DNA of 64,000 nt from the NCBI GenBank assembly GCA_965203905.1, contig CBDBDQ010000005.1:5984001-6048000 (forward strand), given 5' to 3'. The translations under genes and the position numbers were made by a program. Positions 9,246-19,489 of the stretch are shown here, one piece after another; the first letter of the stretch is position 1; every line of letters starts with the position of its first letter. Origin of the DNA: Spirochaetia bacterium. Lineage in GTDB: Bacteria > Spirochaetota > Spirochaetia > SZUA-6 > Bin103. Under the pieces are notes generated by a model. It worked only from the letters and a program-made list of their open reading frames with translations. It ran no database searches and was not told the DNA's origin.

Positions 9246-10243
9246 CACTGCTCGTAGCCCTGCTCGTAGCGGATGCGCGGGTCCACCTTCACCAGCAGCA
9301 GGTCGGACAGGAAGGTGCCGACCACCACCAGCATGCCGAGCACCATCACCAGGCTGCCGGCCAGGAACATGTCCTGCCACAGCAGCGCTTCGTAGAGCAG
9401 CGGGCCGACCGTGGGCAGGCTCAGCACGATCGCCGTGATGGTCTCACCGGAGACTATGGTGGGCAGCAGCCAGCCGACGGTGCTGACGATCGGGTTGATC
9501 GCCATGCGCACCGGGTACTTGAACAGCACGGTGCGTTCCGCCAGCCCCTTGGTGCGCGCGGTGATCACGTACTGTTTCTGCAGCTCGTCCAGCAGGGTGG
9601 CGCGCATCACCCGGATCAGCGCCGCGGTGCCCGCCACGCCGTTGATCACGATGGGTATCGGCAGGTGTTTCAGCAGATCGACGAACTTGGCCCAGCTCCA
9701 GGGCGCATCCATGTACTCGGGCGAGAACAGGCCCACCGTGCTCATGTCGAACGCCTTGAAGAACAGGAACATCAGGATCAGGGCGAGCAGAAACGGCGGG
9801 ATGGCCAGGCCCACGAAGCCCACCACGGTGAACGTGTAGTCGGCGAAGGAGTACTGATGGGTGGCGGAGTAGATGCCGATCGGGATCGCCATCAGGTAGG
9901 TGAACAGCAGCGCCGCGGCGGAGATCACCAGGGTCAGCGGCAGGCGTTCGGCCACCAGCCCGGAAACCGGCCGGTTCCACTGGAAGGAGCGGCCCAGGTC
10001 GCCGCGCAGCAGGTTGCCCGCCCACTTGAGGTACTGGCGGTGCAGGGGAAGTCCGAGTCCGTACATCTGCTGCAGGGCGTCCCGCTCCGCCTGGGTCATC
10101 TCGCCCCCGGCGAGCTGCCGGCGCGCCACCAGCGTCGTCAGGTAGTCGCCGGGGGGAAGCTGGATCAGAATGAACGATACGACCGAGAGCAGCACCAGGA
10201 GGACCAGCATGAACCCCAGCCGGCGGCCGATGTAGGCTAGCAT
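9245..10243 (-). CDS. Peptide/nickel ABC permease (DppB/OppB-like)
   Basis: MLAYIGRRL; GDLGRSF; QYVITARTKGL; DPRIRY. Confidence 0.93.
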   Translation of the reverse strand: MLAYIGRRLGFMLVLLVLLSVVSFILIQLPPGDYLTTLVARRQLAGGEMTQAERDALQQMYGLGLPLHRQYLKWAGNLLRGDLGRSFQWNRPVSGLVAERLPLTLVISAAALLFTYLMAIPIGIYSATHQYSFADYTFTVVGFVGLAIPPFLLALILMFLFFKAFDMSTVGLFSPEYMDAPWSWAKFVDLLKHLPIPIVINGVAGTAALIRVMRATLLDELQKQYVITARTKGLAERTVLFKYPVRMAINPIVSTVGWLLPTIVSGETITAIVLSLPTVGPLLYEALLWQDMFLAGSLVMVLGMLVVVGTFLSDLLLVKVDPRIRYEQGYEQ

Positions 10244-10299
10244 TGGTCGCTCCCGGTGCGGTTACGGAACGGCAGTGGTGCGCTCGCGGCCGCTGCGCA

Positions 10300-12363
10300 C
10301 TACTCCTTCCAGAACATCACTTCGGGACGATGGCTCTTGGTGCCGTCGGAAGCGTGCGAGAACCCGTACACCGTGAGTGCGTCCACGTTGCCGAGCTTGT
10401 TCTTCACCACCGTCGGATAGCGCATGTACGCGATGGTGCCGATGGTAGACAGGTCCTCCGCCTGGAAATCCATCATCACGTTGGCGATGTCGCGGGTGAA
10501 CTCCTCGTCGTCCACGAACGGCTTGCGCTCGGCCAGGGCGAACAGCTCCTGGATCTCGGCGGGAGGCTCCAGGCCTTCCTCGCCCTTGGTGCGCCACCAG
10601 CTCCACCACAGCGGCATGGTCCATCCCGGCCGCAGGGGGTCGATCGGGTTGGGATCGATGCGCGACGACAGGGCGTCGACGCCGTCGATCGGCCAGGTGA
10701 TGATCATGAATTCGCCGGTGCCGATGCGTTGCGACATGGCGCTCCACTGCGGCGACTTCACCAGGGTGCGGATGCCGACGTTGTCCCAGTATTCCTTCAG
10801 CAGCTCTCCGGTCTAGGTCAGCACCGCGACCTGGACCGGGAACTCGGCTACCAGGGTGAACGGCTCGCCGTTCGGCAGGAGCCGGAAACCCTCTCCGTCG
10901 CGTTCGTCCATGCCCATCTCGTCGAGCAGTTGGTTGGCTCGCTCGGGATCGTACTCGACGTACGACTGGGCCCACTTTTCCTGGTAGAAACTGTTCTTGG
11001 GATAGGTCGTGGCCTGCACCGGATCGGCGAGCCCGAAGGCCACCACCTCGTTGATCTCGGCGCGGTTCATGGCCAGCGACAGCGCCTGCTTGAAGTTGCG
11101 GTTGCGCAGCACCTCGGCGATCGCGGGATCCTGCTGGTCATAGGTCTGGTTGATGAATATGCCGCACTCGGCCGCGTATACCCCCGGCGTCATGATGATC
11201 CGGAAATCGCTCTGCTCGGCACTCTCGGTGAGCACCGGCACGTCGCTGGTGGACATGCCCCACGGCACGTAGTCGAAGTCTCCGGCCAGCGCGCGGATCT
11301 TCAGGGTCTCCACGTCGGTGACCCAGATGCTGCGCAGCTCGTCGATATAGGGAAGCTGGCTGCCCTCTACGTCCACCTTGAAGTAGTAGGGATTGCGCTG
11401 CCAGGAGACCCCGTCCATGCGCACGTTCTTGAGAATCCAGGGCCCCATGTAGGGAACCTCGGGGAACGTGGGAGAGTCGCGCGTATAGCGGGCGCGGTTG
11501 TAGAACAGTTGTGACCAGGAGTCGAAACCTTCGTCCTTGGCGAGCTGGTTGGCGTCCTCGTTGTACTTGATGTGGAACCTGGTGAGGGCGTGTCGGGGCA
11601 GAAAGCTGAAGCTCTGCATCCCCTTGTTGGCCCACTGACTGAAATAGAACTGCACCGTGGTGTAGGGCACCGCGAACTGGAACTGGACGGTGACGTCGTC
11701 GACCTTGATCACCTCCATCACCTGCCCCTGCGGCTCCCAGTACTTGGGGATGGTCGGGGTGACCTCCTCGTTGAGGATGTAATCCTCCCACCAGAACAGC
11801 ACGTCGTCGCTGCTGAACGGTTCGCCGTCGGACCATTTGAGGCCCTTGCGGAAGGTCAGGGTGAAGGTCTTGCCGTCCTCAGACATGCCCCACGCCTCCG
11901 CCAGGCCCGGAAGCAGGGTGTTGGGCCAGCGCATGTCGCGGGTCATCGGATACTCGGGCGTAGCCTGGGAGGCCGGCCACCAGCTCGCAGCCGACATCGA
12001 CGGGATCGTCAGCGAGCCGCCGTAGCGGCCTACCTCGGCGAACGGCACCACCACCACCGGCTCTTCGGGAAGCCGTTCGTCAACGGGCGGCAACTCGCCG
12101 GCCTGCACCCTGGCGGCCAGGATCGGCGCTTCCTTGAAGGTGAGCGTGCGCCCGGTCAGGGCCTCGTAGTCGGACAGGTTGTAGTGCGCCTGGCCCGCTC
12201 GTGGTAGCTCGACGGAGGCCGCCATCGCGGTGGCCGCGGGCGCGGCGTCGCTGTCGGCGGCGGCACTGTCCTCCTGGCCACCGGCCCAGATGCCCGGTCC
12301 CGCCAGCAGCAGAAGTGCGGCCGCAAACATACCGGTCGCGAAAAGTGAACGATTCCCTCTCAT
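10300..12363 (-). pseudogene. Family-5 ABC substrate-binding protein interrupted by one in-frame TAG (10813-10815)
   Basis: Signal peptide, GELPPVDERLP, GSQLPYIDE; the same frame continues past the stop (QVAVLT*TGELLKEYWDNVGI) to 10300. Confidence 0.85.
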
Positions 12364-12406
12364 CTGTCTCCTCCTCGATAGAGACGCTGCGCTCGGCCGG
12401 GTCGTA

Positions 12407-13369
12407 CTAGCCGGCCTCCGTCGCTTTCAGGTACGTGCCGGGGGTCCGGTTCCAGACTGCGGGCTCGGTCCCGCCTGCGTAGTCGGGCAGCAGGTGGCTG
12501 ATGCGGTCCAACTCCTCCACCGGCAGGTCCGCCGGTGGGGGCGCGTAGAGCCGGGTCTGAAACGCCGCCCGCATCGGTTCGCTCAACTCGTCATAGCGCG
12601 GCAGGTACCACATGGTGATCACGGTGCGGCGCCGGTCGCTGCTGTTGCCGTGGGCGGCGTGCAGCAGGCGGGCGTCGCCGATCACCAGGTCGCCGGCCCA
12701 TACCGGCACGTCCACCTCGTCCGGATGGCGCTGGTAGGCGGGCGAGGTAGCCGGATCCTGGTGCCGCACCGTGTCGTCATGTCCGGTGCCGATGGCGTCG
12801 TGCACGTCGCAGCGCAGGCGATGGGAGCGCGGCAGCAGCCGCAGGCAGCCGTTCTCGGGCCGGGTGTCGACCAGGTACCACATCAGGAACAGTTGGTGCG
12901 GGAGCGGGTCGGCGCTGACGGCATCATCCCAGAACGGCCAGTCCTGGTGCCAGTAGAGCGGGCCCGAGTGCGGCTCCTTGGCGATCACGTAACCGCTCCA
13001 GTAGCGCGGCCGGGCAAAGCCGAGCCCGTGCAGCGCCCGCCATGCCTCCGGCAGGGCGATCAACTCCGAGAACACCGGATCCTGGTGCTCCATGGCGAAG
13101 ATGCTCCCCTGCCCTCCCGAGCGCTGCTTCTGTTCGTCGGTGTAGGCGTCGAGCAGGCGGTCGGTGACCACCCGCAGCCGTGCCAGCAGCTCCGCGGGCA
13201 GCAGCCCCGGCAGCACGCAGAACCCCCGGTCAACCAGTCGGCTCCGCTCCGCGGCCAGCACTACCGGTGCATCGGACCGGGTCTCGGTCGCTGTCCCCAC
13301 CATCTCCTCTCCCGCGGGCGGACCGCTGACGCGCCGGTCCCGCTCGAGCATGCTCCCATGATGACGCAA
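12407..13369 (-). CDS. Phytanoyl-CoA dioxygenase (PhyH) family Fe(II)/2OG oxygenase; true start may be downstream
   Basis: HxD (WHQDW); ENGCLRLLPRSH; distal His in LLHAAHGN. Confidence 0.88.
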   Translation of the reverse strand: MRHHGSMLERDRRVSGPPAGEEMVGTATETRSDAPVVLAAERSRLVDRGFCVLPGLLPAELLARLRVVTDRLLDAYTDEQKQRSGGQGSIFAMEHQDPVFSELIALPEAWRALHGLGFARPRYWSGYVIAKEPHSGPLYWHQDWPFWDDAVSADPLPHQLFLMWYLVDTRPENGCLRLLPRSHRLRCDVHDAIGTGHDDTVRHQDPATSPAYQRHPDEVDVPVWAGDLVIGDARLLHAAHGNSSDRRRTVITMWYLPRYDELSEPMRAAFQTRLYAPPPADLPVEELDRISHLLPDYAGGTEPAVWNRTPGTYLKATEAG

Positions 13370-13410
13370 CCGAGCCGGCGCTGCAAACAGCGCTGTCTCG
13401 TCTCCGGGTC

Positions 13411-13611
13411 TCAGAGGACGTTGCGGAGCTGGTTCGCACTCAGTTCTGTGTCGCGCAGGATCTTGGCCATCAGCCCGCGGCCTACAACGGTTGCGCGACC
13501 GTCCGCGTGGCGCAGAAACGAGTGGCTGCCCTTGGTGCGAACGACCTCAAAGGCGAGGTGCTTCAGCGCAGCAATGAGCTGTCGGCCGCTCGTGGCAGGC
13601 AGTCGGCTCAC
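13411..13611 (-). CDS. hicA: HicA family toxin, apparently with a short in-frame deletion
   Basis: LIAALKHLAFEVVRTKGSHSFLRHADGRATVV|GRGLMAKILRD; the usual PxH segment after TVV is missing. Confidence 0.75.
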   Translation of the reverse strand: MSRLPATSGRQLIAALKHLAFEVVRTKGSHSFLRHADGRATVVGRGLMAKILRDTELSANQLRNVL

Positions 13612-13826
13612 TCGTGGACTGTGACTCGCTGGACGCCGACGAACTCCAGGTCCGGCTCTTCCGCGGTCCCCTCTACCTCAAGACAGAGCTCAATCGACTC
13701 TCGTATCCGCTCCATGAGGTCATCGAGCGATGTGGCCTGAGTGTGACATCCACGCAGAGCGGGCACCGATGCGACATAGAGCCCGTCCCGGTCGCGCTCC
13801 ACGACCACGTCGAAGCATCGACTCAT
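13608..13826 (-). CDS. hicB: HicB family antitoxin
   Basis: FDVVVERDRDGLYVASVPALRGCHTQATSLDDLMERIRESIEL; stop overlaps the hicA start. Confidence 0.88.
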   Translation of the reverse strand: MSRCFDVVVERDRDGLYVASVPALRGCHTQATSLDDLMERIRESIELCLEVEGTAEEPDLEFVGVQRVTVHE

Positions 13827-14017
13827 ATCGACATCGTATCGCACCCACTGCCTCGAACCAGCCGTCGAATGCAAGCGTCAGGAGAGTGAGCGGGTCCTGC
13901 AGCCCGCACCGCCGCGAGTCCGGCGTCGGCACTGCAAACCGGCGGAGCTCCAGTGGTTCGGGCAGATCGCCCGGCCGGTTGGTCGGGCTCGGCGGGCTGG
14001 GCTGGGCTCTGCCCGAT

Positions 14018-14046
14018 TTGACAGCTCGTTGCGCGTGGATTACGAT
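14018..14046 (+). promoter_or_regulatory. Sigma70-type promoter of transporter unit 1
   Basis: TTGACA-gctcgttgcgcgtggat(17)-TACGAT; identical copies at 26096 and 33249. Confidence 0.8.
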
Positions 14047-14052
14047 GCCCCT

Positions 14053-14087
14053 TTGTCGCAATCCCGAATTCGGGATTATTGCGACAA
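14053..14087. promoter_or_regulatory. Near-perfect palindrome at the expected +1 (operator or 5' hairpin)
   Basis: TTGTCGCAAT-CCCGAATTCGGG-ATT-ATTGCGACAA. Confidence 0.6.
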
Positions 14088-14199
14088 CCGACACATCTGT
14101 GCCCGACCAGAGTTGTCGACGACAGATGCGCGCTAGCCGCGGCACCGGCTGGTCCGATGGCCGAGCCACCGTCCTATCAGAGCACCCAATAGCTCAAAG

Positions 14200-14370
14200 A
14201 GGAGGTGCAAAATGATACTCAAAGAGCCGTTGGCGCGCGCGGCGTGAGCCGGGGTGAACCCGGTGAGTCACACGCCGCGCGCTTTTCGTGTATTGGACTC
14301 AGACTGGCAGAGCCCGCGTTGCGGGCGCGAGAGTAGCCCGGGAGCGGCAGGCCGCTACGCAATACTCTCA
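14200..14370 (+). promoter_or_regulatory. Structured leader with 11-codon uORF MILKEPLARAA (14212-14247); putative attenuator
   Basis: SD AGGAGGT; 12-bp stem 14235-14246/14271-14282 followed by TTTT; conserved copy at 19490-19680. Confidence 0.6.
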
Positions 14371-14393
14371 AGATCAAAATGATGGACAAAACA

Positions 14394-16238
14394 ATGAAAA
14401 TCTTTTTTGGAAGGACCTTCGCGATTGCGTTGGTCCTGATTCAGAGCGCGACCGGCCTCTGGGCCACTGGCGCAGATGAAGAGGGGGCGGCAGCGGCCGC
14501 CGCCGCTGACAAGAAGTATGTCACCGACCCCTCCACCGGCATGGTGGTCGAGGCTCCGCGCTACGGCGGGTCAATCACCTTCGCCACAAAAGTCGCCGAT
14601 GACAACCTGCTCGTTGACGCCTGGGTCTCCGGAGGTGCCGGCTGGATTATCGGCATCGTCAACGAGAAACTCGGGATCATTGACTGGGCCATCGACCGGA
14701 ACAAACACCCGTATTTTACTGGCTACGTGGCGCCGGCGTTCGCACTGCGTGGAGCGCTGGCTGAAAGCTGGGAGATTTCCGGGGACGGCCTCACCTATAC
14801 CTTCAACATCCGCAAGGGCGTGCGCTGGCATAACAAGGCACCGATGAACGGTCGGGAGCTCACTGCCAAGGATATCGAATACAACTTTCACCGCAATATG
14901 GGGATGGGCAAGTTCACCGAGCCCTCGACTTCCCGAGGCGCCCTCGCCGATCTGGGAATTGCATCGATCGAGGCCACCGACGACATGACGGTTGTGTTCA
15001 AGCTCAGCCGGCCACACTACCAAGCCTTTCAGTTTATCATGGACTGGTACAATACGTGGATCCTGCCGCCCGAGGTCATCGATGAACACGGCTCGATCGA
15101 CAACTGGCAGGACCTGGTAGGCACCGGACCCTACATGCTGGTCGACTGGGTCAGAGGCACCTCGACTTCCTACGAGAAGAACCCGGACTATTGGGGGTTC
15201 GACGAGAAGTTCCCGCAGAACCGACTGCCCTATATCGACACCATCACGAGGCTGGTGATCCTGGACGACGCAACCCGGATGGCCGCTCTGCGTTCGGGCC
15301 AGGTCGACTACATTGGGGGGCCAGCCGGCGGGTCGCAGCTGCGATCGGTCGACCAGGCCGACGGTGTGCGTCGAACCAACCCCGAGCTGGTCATCCACAC
15401 CTTTTCGGAACGCTCGAACACCGTTGTTCGACTGGACACAACCAAGCCGCCGTTTAACGACATCCGGGTGCGTCAGGCGATGCAGAACGCGCTCGATCTC
15501 GAGACCATGAACCTCACCTACTACAAGGGGCAGGGCGAATGGACCCCGCGCGGTGCGGTGGCGCCCGAGTACGCGGCCCAGGGCATGACGGTCCTCTACG
15601 AGGAGTGGAGCCCAGAGCTCAAGGCCAAGTATGCCTATGACCCGGAGCTGGCCGAGCGGTTGCTGGATGAGGCCGGATTACCTCGCGGCGCGGACGGCGT
15701 CAGATTCCGGGTCAAGTATACCGTCCACCAAAACGCTGATCTGAGCTTTGCGGAGCTACAAGCCGCATACTGGGCTGAAATCGGCGTCCAGGTCGACGTC
15801 GTCAACACCCCTGCTGCCCAAGTGTCCGCGCTACTGGCCAACGGCCCTGACGGCACGGCTAAGTATGACATGGTCATGTGGCTTGGCGGCGTCAAGGCCG
15901 ATCCGATGATCGCGATCATGGGCTGGCCGGCTGGCTGGTGCTACGGCCCCGACTGTGAAGGGAACCCCGCCATTGCGAGCGCCGAGTATGACGCCCTGTA
16001 CGAGAGGGCCCGGCTCGGCGCGACTTTGGACGAGGTGGCCCCATTGGTCAAACAGATGGACATGATGATCATCGAGAACGTGTGGGCACTATGGGGACCG
16101 ATCGATCCGCTGTTCAACGTCCAATGGCCGTGGGTCAAGGGCTACACCAATGAAGGCGACCTCGGCGGCGCGCAGCGCGGCCAGCAGTTCGTGCGCATGT
16201 GGATCGACCAGGAGCTCAAGGCGGCGATGGGCTTCTAG
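14394..16238 (+). CDS. Family-5 ABC substrate-binding protein (unit 1)
   Basis: Signal peptide; APRYGG; LAESWEIS; GTGPYML; NRLPYID; PPFNDIRVRQA; YDPELAERLLDEAG. Confidence 0.93.
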   Translation: MKIFFGRTFAIALVLIQSATGLWATGADEEGAAAAAAADKKYVTDPSTGMVVEAPRYGGSITFATKVADDNLLVDAWVSGGAGWIIGIVNEKLGIIDWAIDRNKHPYFTGYVAPAFALRGALAESWEISGDGLTYTFNIRKGVRWHNKAPMNGRELTAKDIEYNFHRNMGMGKFTEPSTSRGALADLGIASIEATDDMTVVFKLSRPHYQAFQFIMDWYNTWILPPEVIDEHGSIDNWQDLVGTGPYMLVDWVRGTSTSYEKNPDYWGFDEKFPQNRLPYIDTITRLVILDDATRMAALRSGQVDYIGGPAGGSQLRSVDQADGVRRTNPELVIHTFSERSNTVVRLDTTKPPFNDIRVRQAMQNALDLETMNLTYYKGQGEWTPRGAVAPEYAAQGMTVLYEEWSPELKAKYAYDPELAERLLDEAGLPRGADGVRFRVKYTVHQNADLSFAELQAAYWAEIGVQVDVVNTPAAQVSALLANGPDGTAKYDMVMWLGGVKADPMIAIMGWPAGWCYGPDCEGNPAIASAEYDALYERARLGATLDEVAPLVKQMDMMIIENVWALWGPIDPLFNVQWPWVKGYTNEGDLGGAQRGQQFVRMWIDQELKAAMGF

Positions 16239-16352
16239 CCGGGCAACGCCAGGGTAGAGCATCCGTCGACCGTTCGGTATCCGATTGGTCTGTGGGGCGG
16301 CAGTGCCACTGTCGTCCCACAGATCTCGTCTTCCTGCCTTTAGAGGTCCCAC

Positions 16353-17318
16353 ATGAGAGCTTACGTCATCAGGAGACTGCTGCTCGTAATCCCCACGCTG
16401 CTCATCCTGAGCATGCTGGTCTTCCTGCTGGTCCGCTTCATTCCGGGCGACGTCATCGACAAGATGGAGGACCAGATAGACGTGGCCGGTGGCGGGTCGT
16501 TCGTGATCGACCGCGAGGAGATGGAACGTCGGCTGGGATTGGACGTGCCGGTCCCCGTGCAGTATGGACGCTGGGTAGGTGACATTCTCCTGCGTGGCTC
16601 TCTCGGCAAATCGCTGTACACCCGTGAAGCGGTGGAGCAGCAGATCCTGGCCAGACTGCCGGTGACCGTCGAGCTTGGCGTCATGGCAATCGTTATCGGG
16701 CTCTTGATAGCCCTGCCGGTCGGTGTGTACTCGGCGATTCGCCAGGACACGCTGGCCGACTACGCCGGGCGCTCGGCTGCCATCATCGGTCTGTCGACGC
16801 CGAATTTCTGGTTGGGCACCCTGGTCATGATCTTCCCTGCGATCTGGTGGAGCTGGGCGCCGCCCATGCGTCTGATTACTTTCACCGAAGACCCGCTCGG
16901 ACATCTCGGGATGTTCCTGATTCCCAGCGTGATTCTGGGGACGGCCTTGGCTGCAGGCACGATGCGGATGACGCGCACCATGATGCTGGAGGTGCTCAGG
17001 CAAGACTATATCAGGACCGCCTGGGCCAAGGGTCTCAAGGAGAGGGTAGTTATTATGAGACACGCCCTCAAGAATGCCTTCATCCCGGTAGTTACCCTGA
17101 TCGGCATGCAGTTGCCACTGCTGGTAGGCGGCGCCGTTATCATGGAGAACATATTTAACCTGCCGGGGATAGGTCGCCTCATGGTGAATGCCCTCAATAA
17201 CAGAGAGTACCCGGTGGTCTCCGGAATCAACCTGGTTTTCGCCACCATGGTTGTAGGCGTCAATCTAATGATAGACCTGATTTATCCGTACTTAGACCCC
17301 AGGGTCCGTTATAGCTAA
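16353..17318 (+). CDS. DppB-like ABC permease (unit 1)
   Basis: MRAYVIRRLL; QDYIRTAWAKGL; LDPRVRY. Confidence 0.93.
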   Translation: MRAYVIRRLLLVIPTLLILSMLVFLLVRFIPGDVIDKMEDQIDVAGGGSFVIDREEMERRLGLDVPVPVQYGRWVGDILLRGSLGKSLYTREAVEQQILARLPVTVELGVMAIVIGLLIALPVGVYSAIRQDTLADYAGRSAAIIGLSTPNFWLGTLVMIFPAIWWSWAPPMRLITFTEDPLGHLGMFLIPSVILGTALAAGTMRMTRTMMLEVLRQDYIRTAWAKGLKERVVIMRHALKNAFIPVVTLIGMQLPLLVGGAVIMENIFNLPGIGRLMVNALNNREYPVVSGINLVFATMVVGVNLMIDLIYPYLDPRVRYS

Positions 17319-17336
17319 AGGGGAGAAATCGGGGAT

Positions 17337-18266
17337 ATGAGCGACGCCACAGGGATACGATCAGTAGAAATTGCGCCAAAGAGACGTTCACGGCTGGCTG
17401 ATTTCTTTAACAGGCTGGTCAGGGAGAAGCCGCTGGGTACTATCAGCGGCATTATCATATTGATATTGATTCTTGTCAGTATCTTTGCCGATGCTCTGGC
17501 CCCTTATCCATATTCTGAAGTTCACATGCTAGACAGGATGCAGGCCCCATCGGCCCAGTATCTGCTGGGTACCGACCAGTTGGGGCGAGACTTCTTGAGT
17601 CGCCTCATCTTCGGGGCTCGTCTCTCGTTGGGTGTCGGTCTGGCCGCGACCGCTCTTAATGTTGTCGTCGCTGTGCTGATAGGCGGAACCTCAGGATTCC
17701 TTGGTGGTAAATTGGACTTGGCGGTGCAGAGATTTGTCGATGCCTGGATGGCTCTCCCCGGCTTGCTGATACTGCTGGCCGTGATGTCGCTTACCGGACC
17801 GGGTGTGTTGCAGATAATCGTGGTGCTGGGCGTGACCGGGGGGATTACCGGCTCGCGGGTGGTCAGGGGCGCGGTCATCGGCATCAAGGAAAGCGACTAC
17901 TTCACCGCGGCGCAGGCGGTCGGCACGCCGACCCGGGTGACGCTGGTGCGGCACCTGCTGCCCAACATCATGGCGCCGATCATCATCATCTTCAGCATCA
18001 ACGTCGGCGGCGTCATCATCGCCGAGGCCAGCTTGAGCTTCCTCGGTTTCGGTCTGCCGGCGGGTGTGCCGAGCTGGGGCGGCATGCTCAGCAGGGAAGG
18101 CCGCAGCTACATGGAGATCGCGCCGTGGCTGGCGATCTGGCCCGGCGTATTCCTTACCATCACCGTCTACAGCCTCAACATGTTCGGTGACGCGCTCAGG
18201 GACCTGCTGGACCCGCGGCTCCGGGGCGCCAGCCGCGTCGGTGCCGCTGCCGCCAAGTCGGTCTAA
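17337..18266 (+). CDS. DppC-like ABC permease (unit 1)
   Basis: LGTDQLGRD; EASLSFLGFG; FGDALRDLLDPR. Confidence 0.93.
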   Translation: MSDATGIRSVEIAPKRRSRLADFFNRLVREKPLGTISGIIILILILVSIFADALAPYPYSEVHMLDRMQAPSAQYLLGTDQLGRDFLSRLIFGARLSLGVGLAATALNVVVAVLIGGTSGFLGGKLDLAVQRFVDAWMALPGLLILLAVMSLTGPGVLQIIVVLGVTGGITGSRVVRGAVIGIKESDYFTAAQAVGTPTRVTLVRHLLPNIMAPIIIIFSINVGGVIIAEASLSFLGFGLPAGVPSWGGMLSREGRSYMEIAPWLAIWPGVFLTITVYSLNMFGDALRDLLDPRLRGASRVGAAAAKSV

Positions 18267-18275
18267 GAAAGCGCG

Positions 18276-18866
18276 GTGCGTTCCTCGGCCAACGCGGAAG
18301 ACCTGCCGGATCTGTCGTTCGCCGGGCAGCAGGACACCTATCTCAACATACGCGGCCTCGCTGAGGTGTTTGAGGCGGTGCGCAACTGCTGGGCGTCTTT
18401 GTGGACGCCCCGGGCCCTCAGTTATCGGCATGAACATGCCATCGCCCAGGGGGCGGTTGCCATGGCGGTGGTGGTGCAGAAATTGGTGCCCTCGGAAGTC
18501 TCCGGCATCCTCTTTACCGCCAACCCGGCGACCGGGGAGCGCTCCGAGATGATCGTCAGTGCCAGTTTCGGGTTGGGAGAAGCGATTGTCGGCGGCGAGA
18601 TCACCCCCGATACCTACATCATCGACCGGGACACGTTGGCAGTCAGGGAGACCATCATCGGCAGCAAGGAGCACATGCTGGTGCCCGCTGCCGGGCAGGG
18701 CACCGAGAACCGGGAGTTGAGCGCGGCGGAGCGCGAACAGTCGTCGCTGGCGGAGCCGGTGTTGCGGGAACTGGCGCAACTCGCCATCGCCGTGGAGCGG
18801 CACTTCGGCCAGCCCCAGGATATCGAGTGGGCAGTCGTCAATGGGACTCGGACGGATCGGAGATGA
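18276..18866 (+). pseudogene. Internal fragment of a PEP/pyruvate-binding (PEP synthase/PPDK N-terminal) domain gene
   Basis: VRSSANAEDLPDLSFAGQQDTYLN; GLGEAIVGGEITPD; PQDIEWA; lacks the N-terminus and all downstream domains. Confidence 0.85.
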
Positions 18867-19165
18867 AGCGCCATGACGACAGTCAGCGCAGTGGCCGGTG
18901 GCCGGTCATGTTCGGTGACCTGACCTCCGAGTGGTTGACAGGGTGGTCGCGCCCACGCTATCATGCTTGGCTTGGGCCGACGGATGCCGATGAAGCGCCA
19001 TGATGACAGGCAGCGCAGTGACGGGTTGCCGGTGACCTTCGCTCACCCCGGTGACCCCCACGAGTCGTTGACGGCGCGCCGCGCCTATGCTAGCGTGCCT
19101 CACTTGGGGTTCGACGGATGGTCATGAAGCGTCACGATGACAGGCAGCGCAGTGACCGGTTCGCT
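18851..19165 (+). repeat. About 2.4 imperfect tandem copies of a ~130-bp unit containing promoter-like boxes
   Basis: GACGGAT…ATGAAGCGYCAYGAYGACAGKCAGCGCAGTG at 18851, 18979 and 19113; TTGACA-18-TATCAT and TTGACG-17-TAGCGT inside the units. Confidence 0.8.
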
Positions 19166-19489
19166 GTGACGCGACCAGTGCATCATACCCCCCACTTTTT
19201 CAAACCGAGAAACAACTAACCGCTCGGGCTGATCGCCCCCTACGCGACCCCGCGCACACCGTCGCCTTCACCACCGCCGTAACTATCGGTGGCGCCCGCT
19301 CGGTCCATCGCCGAACCGGCATGCTGGCCGCCCGCGTCCTTCCAGGCGACCGCAACCGTCCCGGATCCCCGCCCGCGACTAACTGCGCGCAAAACCCTCC
19401 GCCTGCGTTGGCGGCCATTCAGACTCACTGCTGCTCAGACCACCGCCACGCGTGGCGTTGTAACGCAGATCCCGACGTAGATCTAGAAA

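Noticed and set aside
991-9257. Long antisense or alternate-frame ORFs (e.g. 991-2790, 7737-9257; also 57665-59017, 60776-62143)
   Set aside because: Shadow ORFs expected from high GC3 on the real genes; Arg/Gly/Pro-rich with no motifs
18276-18866. Functional PEP synthase or rifampin phosphotransferase
   Set aside because: Only part of the nucleotide-binding domain is present; there is no phospho-His domain
18851-19165. CRISPR array
   Set aside because: Only three imperfect cores, the ~90-bp intervening segments resemble each other, and there are no cas genes
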